Assembly (NCBI GenBank): GCA_013265495.1
Contig: MU058796.1
Coordinates: forward strand, 434,001 to 498,000
Origin: Vicugna vicugna
Taxonomy: Eukaryota
Reading direction: 5' to 3'
DNA length: 64,000 bases
Shown here: piece by piece, positions 54,446-64,000 of the stretch
Numbering within the stretch: position 1 is the stretch's first letter
Layout of the letters: every line of letters starts with the position of its first letter
Translations under genes and position numbers: made by a program
Notes under the pieces: model-generated
The model's input: only the letters and a program-made list of their open reading frames with translations
What the model was told of the DNA's origin: nothing
Database searches by the model: none

Positions 54446-56201
54446 TCTCTTCCGTATTCACATTATTGTAAAAAACAGACAAACAAAAAATGAGACCTTG
54501 CTTTGAAAACAAAAAAATTGCCCATGAAACCAAACAACGTAAAAACTATGCTGATTTCTAAGTACTAAGTCACAAAGAAAAAGAAGCAAACACTGGAAGG
54601 CTGGGAACGCGACGCATTATGTCATGTTTATACTTTCTCATAGACAACACGCTGTGTAGGTTTACAAAGGCAAGGGGCGTCTTCATTTTATGGAGGGTCT
54701 AACAGTGCCATGAATTTGGATGATTTGTTTGTGGTCAACAGCTAGAGCCAGCTGGTGTTGGAACAGGAATTAGAGATCAGTTTGTGTGGTTCCAGGCTAC
54801 AGATCTTTGCCCTGTGTAGGACTGATCCCTTTTTGGCCACAGGCCCTGTCACAGGTGAGTTGAGGATGGGCAACGGACAGTTCATGTTAGCCTTCATGTT
54901 GCGTTGCAAGCTTTTGAGGTATGGAACCACCCTAGTAACTGTTGCATGGGATGCGGGGTTGCTTGATGATAGCATTTTCCTGTTGCCTCCTAAGCATTGC
55001 TTAGTGCCGAAGGAGCCTCAGGTTTTAAATGACGGTCCCAGAAAGGATACTCCTTTAGAAACTGCAAAGTCATTTAAAGCCATGTTTGACAAACATTTTC
55101 TTATACCACCTTTCCCCTGCCCCTGCCCACCAATTTGAGGAATGTGACACTAAACAGCGGTGACTCCTGTGATGGTTCTCAGGTTGCTGAGAGTGGGTTG
55201 TAGTGAACAGGTTAAAAGATGGCGAGATGCGAGTGGGGATGGGGGTGGGGGTGCTGGGAACCTCAGTCTTGTGCTGTTACTTAGATTTGAATTTGTGTAA
55301 AGTGAGATTTAATTGTTTACATTCGGACCAATTAAGGGGGAAACCCAAGAAACCAGGTATCATATATTGGGTTCCTGCTACAGAATGAACGAGCATGTTT
55401 TACCACACCAAAAGGCTGGTGGTTGAGTTATATACATTAGTTGTTAAAAAAAAAAACAATGAAGTTGTCTGAAAAGATTAGAAATCAATACATTTGACCT
55501 AAACCTATTGAATTATGTGTCACATGTATTAAATCACCTCAGGACTCTTGTAGTTCCTTAGTACCAGGAATCAAATTTATGTAGATAGCAGCAGATACTT
55601 TTTCAACAGTTTTAAGTATTTATAGAAACAACATTAAAAATAATTACAATTTTCTGATATAAGTAGCAATCTATTGTGGAGGAAGAGCTGAATATGCTGG
55701 AATCAGTTTTTCTTTATTTCAAGTTACTAAAACTGTGAAAACAGTGTTATATTTTCAGTGTTTCATACCTTTTAATTTTACACTTTACTGTGCACTTATC
55801 TACCATAGATGGGGTCAACAATGATACGACAACAGTCATAAACATCTTAAATAATAAGTTGTTGAATGTATCTTGTGGCTTAATTCCACATATCCTTCTA
55901 AGACAAGGGCCCTCCGTGTGAGCCCTGGAACGACTGAGCATGAAGATTTGTTGTTTGCAAGATTAATTGCTGAGTGATGTGTCTGATGGCAGCATATCAC
56001 TTGGCAAATGTGTACATATATTGTGGACCCGCTTCTGATTCAGAAGAAATTGATTGTGTTTCCTATAACATTGATACAGTGCATTGAAGAATTTTTTCTT
56101 TTTCCATCAAATAGCAGTCATTGACATATGTAAAATACTGTAGCAGAGAATGCATGAACCAATGAATTGACCAGTGACTTACTAAGGGTAAAATTTAGAA
56201 A

Positions 56202-56244
56202 ATATATATATATAATTATATATATATATATATATAAAATATAT
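56202..56244. repeat. Interrupted (TA)n microsatellite
   Basis: atatatatatataattatatatatatatatatata read directly. Confidence 0.9.
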
Positions 56245-57019
56245 GCATGATTATTATGCTGTTCCTATTGAATTTGACAGTTAGCCTCATTTATATCTTT
56301 GTTAGTATGAAAATTTCAGTTAATATATTTACAGTGAAGTAGGAAAATGAGATTTTCCCACTTCCTTTGATTTGGTTGTCCACTTTATTTCTGAAACTTG
56401 CTAAAGCTCCCATGTACTGCTTTTCAGATAGCAGATCTCTGTATGCTAGCATTTCTACTCTTCTCTGTTCACTATTTATTCTAAACAGATAGGCTTAAGT
56501 ATTTAAAAGAGACATTAAGTTAGCTAAAGTACTCTGTTGTCTTTCAGCTTCCCATCTCTGTATTTCTAAAACTGTTCTTCTAAAATTTAATGTAATTTTA
56601 ACTATAGACAAAACTAGTTGCGACACTGGCCAACCTTTTTTTTTCAGTTACTTCCATGGCATTGTTCAGTTGGCATATTAGCTAAAATATAATGAAATGT
56701 TGAGAATTGATTCCCTAATTAGATTTTCACTGATACGAAGATACATGTGAAATATTAAAACTGGAAACATTTTAGCAGCTTTCACCACATTGCAGCTATT
56801 TTGGGGGTTACTTTTATTTGAGGATATGGAACACTCCCATCGTTTCTACTTTGAAGATTATAATTTATTCAGCCTTATTCCTTTCCTTCCAACCTTTCTT
56901 CCAATATGGAGTGATCACTTTCCTCTGAGTACCATAGATTAGGAACTACCTGTTCTAGGAAGTAAACTCTAATTCTTCCTAACTTCTTGTATTTTTCTCA
57001 AATGTGGGATTAGTAGTTT

Positions 57020-57180
57020 TAGCTAAAGCCTTGAGCCAGTGATTCTTCTGAGAGATACCCAGGGAAGTGGATGGCCTTTGTCAGTAACCTTTGCTGTATG
57101 CCCCACAGACAACCCTGAGAACACAGTTCCCAGGGCGACAGTTCATCACCTCAGGGAGGAGGAAAGAGGGCTTACATCAT
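57020..57180. mobile_element. Possible MLT1 (ERVL-MaLR) LTR fragment
   Basis: gattcttctgagagatacccagggaag...ccctgagaacac...cacctcagggaggaggaaagaggg weakly resembles recalled MLT1J/K. Confidence 0.3.
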
Positions 57181-57409
57181 GAAAACTTGGTTACTTAAGG
57201 GACATTGAAAATTTTATTTTAAGGGACATTTTAAAGGACATTTGAAATAATTTTATTTAAAATGTTCTACATAGATCATGCAACTAAAGAGAAAATAGTA
57301 TTTGTTTAAAGTTCAGACAGATAAAAAGGGACAGCAGTTTTGGAGGAACCAAGGAATAGTTCACTGGGCATTATTTGTCTGTTGAGGATGTTTGTTAACA
57401 GTCATAAAA

Positions 57410-57565
57410 TGTGGATCTTATTTTCTGCACTATATGGATAAGGGAAAAGGGGCTTACAGTTTTGGTAGCTTACTGCCCAGGAACACAAAATTAAGTTGGT
57501 ATGGCTGAGATTCAGCTCCAGACTTACTTACTCCAGAGTCCATGTTCTTACATTTCAGCCATGAT
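57410..57565 (-). mobile_element. MIR SINE
   Basis: tgcccaggaacacaaaattaagttggtatggctgagattcagctccagact...actccagagtccatgttctta. Confidence 0.65.
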
Positions 57566-57609
57566 CTTAGAGGAATAGGAGAGAAATGTTAACATTGCAT
57601 GCCCGAGTC

Positions 57610-57960
57610 TTCTTTCTGTTTCTGGAACATGCCAGGTTTTTCTTGTAACTAGAACTCATTCCTCGGCTTGTCACATCACTGATTTTTTTCTCATCCTTTA
57701 AGTCTTAGCCCTAATTAATGTCAACCCCCAGAGAGGCTGTTCATAGCCATCTTATGGGAAGCACCTTCCAAGTTACATCATCCTATTTATTTTCTTTCTT
57801 CATAGTTCCAGTATCTGCACGTACTTTATTTGTGTGTCTCTCCCACTGTCAGCGCTAGGAGGACAGGGGCCTGTCATTTTCTTTTGTTTCCTCAAGTTTT
57901 GTTTCACAGAGTAGTACTCAGCACACATTAACATGTTTAGTTGATGTTAGTTCAGCGAAC
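57610..57960 (+). mobile_element. L2 LINE 3' region
   Basis: ttctggaacatgccagg...tctcatcctttaagtcttagc...tgtcaacccccagagagg...tgtgtctctcccact...ggaggacagggg. Confidence 0.65.
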
Positions 57961-59201
57961 GGAATACAACTCTTCCTGTAGTTGGCTCCCTTGTAAATAT
58001 GTAGAGATAAATGAAACCAGTACTGTTTCCTCAAAAAATTTCTTAAAGAAATAATTAAAACTGCACTTTGATTTTAATTTCCAGTTGTTACTGTGGCAGT
58101 CAAAAGTTACTTTAAAGAAATAATAAGTTATATATAAATTTCTTTGGAAATTATTGTAAACTCTTAAGGAAACTGTGATTTATTGATATAAGCCATTTTG
58201 TAATCTTGCATTTATTTACCATACAAGATCCACTTTTGCAAACGCATCTTAATGACTGAGTTATTAAGCACACAAAACAAAGTAATCTCTCACTGATTTG
58301 GGGGTAGTTAATGTGATTTTAGATTTTGCATGAAATAGGTACTCTGAGATCCTGTCTGTAGCATGTATTGGAATATTACGTCTTAGCGTTAACCAAGAGT
58401 GATCTTAAAATACAAAATTGTAATTAAGTACATGTTGTTATTGCTAGAATATAAATTGCTATATATGGCTATAAATAAATTACACAAAGTTATTTAAGAA
58501 CTGCATTATGTTTCTAGAGGAAGAGTTTGAGATCTATGTTATATAGAATAGTGGTTACTTTTTAAACTTTGGAAAGCAGAAAAAAATTACACTGATTTAA
58601 GTAAATTTAAGCAGGAACTTTTTTCCCTTTTAGCCTAATAGTGAGAAAAGATGTGAGAAAGTAGACTTTGTAAAGTACTTCCAGTGATCCAATAGCCAAG
58701 TGATTCTGCTTCAGAAATTATAGCATTTTCATATGTCAGAATTCTTATGCATCTTACTTGCTTTTGGCAGTAAGTTACTATTATGAAAAGTGTTTGATGG
58801 TTACTAAAATCTCAGTGTTTTAAAATGTCCACTTTGGAAAAATAACACAAAATAGCCTGGGTATGGGAGTGCTTTGCTGTACTGGTGGACAAGGCAGCGT
58901 TGTTGCTGAGCCCCGTGGGGAGAGAGGAGCACTGTTTTGGGTGTCTGTAAAACAAACCGAACTTTTTCCCTGGGGGGGTCTGTCTTCCTTGCTTGTGTAC
59001 GCGCGGGCTGGGCCATGTGGCTCTCTTAGATCTGTGTCAGAGAGTCAGCGTTAGGCAGCTCTACTGATACATAAGAGGGAAAACAAAAATGAGGCTGGTA
59101 AGTGAGTTTGTATTTAATCCTACATTTGAAAGTAACTAGTTAAATAACTTTGTAAAACATTTTCTGTTTATCTGCAGATTGATTTTTATCCACACTTTTT
59201 T

Positions 59202-59326
59202 AAAAGTATGATTGTACACTGCTTTTCCTTACTTGTGAATACTAAGTATTCAAATGATACGAAGTATTCAAAAAGTGTGATTGCACACTGCTTTTCCTTA
59301 ATTGCTAATACTAAGTATTCAAATGA
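59202..59326. repeat. Local tandem duplication, 2 x 56 bp with a 13-bp spacer
   Basis: Units 59202-59257 and 59271-59326 differ at 5 of 56 positions. Confidence 0.9.
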
Positions 59327-59558
59327 AGTGCAGTTACAAAGGGAAACCAAATATTTAATGGCAAAGTCAAGAATAAGTAATGTTCTTTAAAATTTTAATC
59401 CACATGATATTTGCACTTCATTTGAGTGAATGTCAGGAATTAACTTACGCCTGTATGAAGAACACTGATTCTATTTCATTGTGTGTTCAGTTTTAGCTAG
59501 TTATCTCTTTACGTCCCATGACAGCCCTACCTTCTAGATTTATGGTGAGCTGGAGGCA

Positions 59559-59650
59559 TTGGTGGTTCTTAAAATTTTGGAGCTCGTAGTCTCCTTGGAG
59601 AACCTGGTAAAAGCTGGGCAGATAAAGATGAAGGTTCACATAAACACAGA
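59559..59650 (+). mobile_element. MER103C-like hAT-Charlie fragment
   Basis: tggtggttcttaaaattttggagctcgtagtctccttggagaacctggtaaaagct resembles the recalled MER103C 5' end. Confidence 0.4.
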
Positions 59651-62600
59651 GTATACCTGTGGAATCTCCTTGGTAGTAAAGTTCTACTTTGGATGGGGGG
59701 GGTGTGATAAAAAATACGGACTTTTTTCTTTCACTCTCTAAGAGTTTTGTTAATAATATTCATCTCTGTCACTGTTATATCCCAGAAGCTGGTGATATTA
59801 TTGAAGAAAAACCAGACAGGGCTTAACTCACACTTAATTAAAATGTGAGGGAGACATGGATTAACAAAATAGATTACAAATGGGGTGGGTTCTATAATGA
59901 CGGCACTTGGTGAGGTGGCCACTTTACTCTGGTGCCCCCTCTTTCTCCACCGATTCTCCACAGCCAGTAAAAGTGACCTCAGGATCACTTTCTTATGCTA
60001 CTGAAAACCTTTTGGTGGCCCCAACGGGTGTGGCCCGCCAAGCGACCTAACTCAGTCTTCTCTCTCCAGCTGGCCACGGAGCCACTCTGCAGTACGCTCC
60101 TCCAGCCTGAACCATTCTAGTCTTATTTTAGGTCTCGCCCCTGCTCACAATTACTTCTTTTTTTTCTTTTTTTTTAGAATAAAATATACATGATCTTATC
60201 TCAGAGAAGGTACCAGCCACGTAAGACCCTTGGAGACTTTGGAGCTGCATTAATTTAAAACACAGTATAAGGGTATACCAAGCAGGTTCCTTTTTTAATG
60301 GAGATTGTAATCCTGCTGTTTCTTTCTTAGCAAAATCCAGTTGATACTGGCCATCCCTGTTATTAGTATTAGATCGCTATGTACAGTGCCCCCCAGCCAT
60401 AGTAAATGTGCATGATGTATGTATAGAAATATCATAATAGGAAAGTAATAACATAGGTATAGTTAGAATACTTCAACTATTTGCTTTACACTTTATAAAG
60501 AAGTACAATTTCTGACATTGTTTAGACAGGAAGGATAAATGTCAGTCAAATTGATCATCAAAACCATTGGTTTATTAAATGTTTATAAAATGGAAAATAA
60601 CAATTGGTGACTTTAAAATTGGATAAGATGCATTAAATGTTCAGATGCATACTTTCTATTTAGCCTTTTTCTTTTAAAGGAGATTTGAATTGAGGTCAGG
60701 TTTAACTTTGAATTCTTTTGTATTCACTTATTAAATGTCTGTATCTCTAGATGACAACTTGTTAGTCATCTGATTTACACTGCCAAATATTATGTTAAAT
60801 GACTACATTCCTTGAAAACTGTAGAATGCTATACTGTGTCAAAATTGGGCAAGTAGGAAATGCACATTTTCCTTTATAAAATAACAAAAAAATAGTGACA
60901 CTTGTTACAAGATTTGTATGAAATTAAAGACTTGGCTTGTGCCAGACGATTATTCAGAGTTAATTTCATGCATATTGGTGTGTGTATCTGCACATAAAAG
61001 TTTTTATACATATTCATGTGAGTATTTATAAAGGAGAATAAAATGTGGTTAATTTATTAAAAATACATTTTTGATAGCCTAACATTTGTTGAAACTGAAG
61101 ACTTGCGCAAAAACTTCTTTTTACTCCTAATTATCTGAATTGGAATACTTGGATTCCTTAGATCTTATTTAGCATATCTGTTCAGTCCAAAAACAGTGTT
61201 CCTTTTTCATTTATACTTGAAACGCTCTAAAAGAAAAACTAAATACTCCTGTTTATTCCTTCTTGAAGCATTTTGATGTATAAATACAGTATAAGACTTC
61301 ATAAGTCACATTTCTAATTGCAAGAATCTGTTTTCAAGTAAAGCAAAGGTAGAAATTGTTTTTTTTTAGTCAACTTCAAATAACAGCTTCATGTTTTAGA
61401 AAGTACTCATAATGATGATTTAATTTTAGCATAATTGAAAATTACGGGCTGTGAAACTATTTTCAAGATACAGGAATATAAACCACATTTTAAGTTGCTA
61501 GAACAACTAGTTCTAAGGAAAGCATTTTTACTTTTATTTGCAGACAATATTTATGAAATGATCAAGGTTCTGGTTTTTATTGGTGGTGATACTGTTGAAA
61601 TAAAAATAGTTTCTGTCATGCTTTATTCATTTATATGTCAGCATAGTTAAAACAACAGAAAACATACTTTTTTTTTGAGAGGGAGTGGTGGTTTTCATTT
61701 TTCTGTTCATGAAAATTTTTAGGTTTATATTGGTTGGAATTTATTTATGTAATACTGCTTTTTAAAAAGCTTTGTACTCTTTAATTTGGTTAAAGCATTA
61801 GTAAATGATAATCTTCCCAGCCTGTTTTTGAAGACAGTACTTTTATTGTCTGGTCAGATGAACTATGCAACATAAATAATAAATGATTATGTTATTGGTG
61901 GAAAATGAAAAGCAAAATGTACTTTTCAAGTCAAAATAGATCTTACTTTATTTCTCATTGATTTTAAGTATTAGTTTGTCACTAAACACTGACAGCCAGA
62001 GCGATTAGAATTGTTTAGAAATTTAGCATCTTTCTTTTAAGATTAGGGTGCAGACTGGTTTGTTCCCTATCTGTTCTGTAATCCAGAGGAAATGCAGGTA
62101 GCCACAGTAGTAATGAAAAACTTCAGTTAGGTCACAACATGTTAAGTATTAAGTTTTCATGGATTTAGAGACGGGTTCTTAGAAGTCTTGACTTTAGTCT
62201 GAAAGACTTCAAGTAGTACCTCCCCTCCCAAGGTTCTTATCAACTTATAAAATACGTAGTTTTAATCTTCCATATTTTTATTTTGAAAGCACTTGTGATG
62301 CTGATGATTTGAATGTTCTGTGCAACTTTTTTTGTATTGATATATTCCTCTCACAAAGACTTAATTTATTCAGACTGTATTAAGTAGTGGTTCTGATTGA
62401 CTCGTGTAATACTCATCAGACTAAATAGAAGGAGGCATATGTCCTTGGAAATTATTTTATTTTGTGTCCTGCTTTCTGAAAAGTCATTGCCAGCAGAAGA
62501 CGTGAAGATAATTTTATACGTATCAGTGTAGATATATTCTGGATATCCTAGGGCTGGTACATAGCCAGTATAATAGTGATTTTCCTGTTGTGATGGTGTT

Positions 62601-64000
62601 AAAAATGTTTTAGCCTTTTATACTCTTTGTAAGTATAAAAGAATGCTGACAAGCCTGTGGTATGCAAAAGTAAGTAAATAAAAATGAAATAATATCAGAA
62701 ACATTTATAATTTCTTACTTGATCATTTGTCAGCTCTGTTAGCTTAAATGCTTAACCCTTCAGAGAAAATGCAGGATTAACATAAGCAAAATTTTGGTAT
62801 GAAACCAGTAATGTGGAATGTAGATTAAAATAAGAACAAACTAAGAAATATGTTTATTCTGTATTACTGCATCTTGTAGAGAAAATGATGAAGTTAAAGC
62901 TCAAGTTTGTTTTTAATTCAGGGTCTTGACTGAAAAGCAAAGGCATTTTAAGCCACCTATCTATTTCAAAGGTGGGATGGATAGACCGCCTGCTGTTAAC
63001 ACGCTGTAAGGAAAATAGAGGGATATAAATGAGTTTTGGTGATCTGCCTGCCACTGAATATAAATGAAGCTGAAAATCTGTCCTGTGCTCTTAATCGTGG
63101 ACCACTAGAGTGTTCAAGTCTTTGTGCAAAAGTAAAGGCTGTCATAAAGGATTACTATTAGCTGCTTAAGTTTTTTATTATGTGAATAGTTGTTAACACT
63201 GCATAGTTAGATATAATTCAGTTATAATACTCTAATATTTCTGTAAATATGGTACTTTGTGAAAGTGCTTTGACACATTCTGATTGAAATGTAGAAAAAT
63301 CCATTTTACTGGAACATTATAAATGATAGATCAGAGTTGTGAGTCACCTTTAGAGGGAGAAAATGGAGTAGCCTTTACAAGGTATCCAAAGTTAACTTAG
63401 CTAAAGCAGTAAAAACATTTTTAGAATTCAAATGCCTTCCGCATGATCCCAAAACTGGTAATATTTGCTGAGTGTCATTATACGACAAGAAGCTGGAAAT
63501 TTTTTGAAAGCATGGATAGTATTGTAATCTTTGAGTAGAGAATGAGGGAAGTTGAGATAATCACATAATTCTTAGTTTTCCCCTCTCCGTGTGAAAACAT
63601 CTTATTCTTACCAGTGAACATATCCAAAGTGCCAGGTTGCTGAAAAGAATTTCAGTTTTAGTTATCCATTAGTAAAGTTTAATAGACTCACATTCCTTCT
63701 GCTGGTTGTTTATCAAGATGGGAAAAATAGACACAATCCGTTATTTTAAATATAGGTAAAAAGATGAAGTAGTGAGGGATTGTATTTGTGAATATATTTA
63801 ACCCCAGAATTCTGTGACATTTGGGTGGTTTTATCTTAAGAATGTGTAAAGAGTTTCCTAGATCTTTTCCCACTCATAAACTTTCAAAACCTCAAAATCA
63901 TGATTCATTTTGCAGGGCGGCTGTTCCAGCATGCCCTCTTTGTTTCCATCCATGGCACTGAAAACTGGCCATTCCACCCTTTCTGCATGCCTCTATTTGG

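Larger units (their letters stand above)
31563..64000 (+). other. ADGRL2: ADGRL2 intron following the signal-peptide exon (next exon, lectin/SUEL domain, not seen)
   Basis: Starts with GTAAGA. I did not find the expected continuation (FSRAALPFG..., from memory) downstream in the window. Confidence 0.8.

Noticed and set aside
59202..59326. Repeat-spacer-repeat pattern as a CRISPR-like array
   Set aside because: Only two units, the spacer is a partial copy of the repeat, and the context is a mammalian intron with no cas genes.
146..63873. All ORFs in the supplied six-frame track (60-128 aa), including 9738-10124, 48845-49222 and 54755-55138
   Set aside because: Short, many with non-ATG starts, composition biased to F/L/I/K as expected from AT-rich non-coding DNA, no recognisable domains, and several overlap repeats.
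1..64000. A novel multi-gene biological system
   Set aside because: The window is explained by one ADGRL2 exon, introns and ordinary mammalian repeats; no further genes, pseudogenes or viral ORFs were recognisable.

Overview
AT-rich mammalian genomic DNA, not prokaryotic. Four tRNA-Ala-derived SINEs of the type I recognise as camelid Vic-1, plus young L1 3' ends, suggest a camelid (alpaca, llama or camel); this is inferred from repeats only. The window appears to lie inside ADGRL2 (latrophilin-2/LPHN2) on the + strand. The only coding sequence I can support is one exon at 31390-31562: 100 nt of 5'UTR plus 73 nt of CDS encoding the signal peptide [24 protein letters not shown](G). The rest looks intronic and carries SINEs, L1/L2/MIR fragments, Tigger and hAT MITE relics and microsatellites. 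The supplied ORF track looks like noise and misses this exon. I found no evidence for a new multi-gene system. The most notable observations are three overlapping uORFs (one per frame) just before the ADGRL2 start, a nested-palindrome element at about 36.5 kb, two young L1 insertions with perfect TSDs, a SINE inserted into a Tigger terminus, and a tandem duplication around a hairpin. Repeat family names come from recalled consensus sequences, not from a database search.
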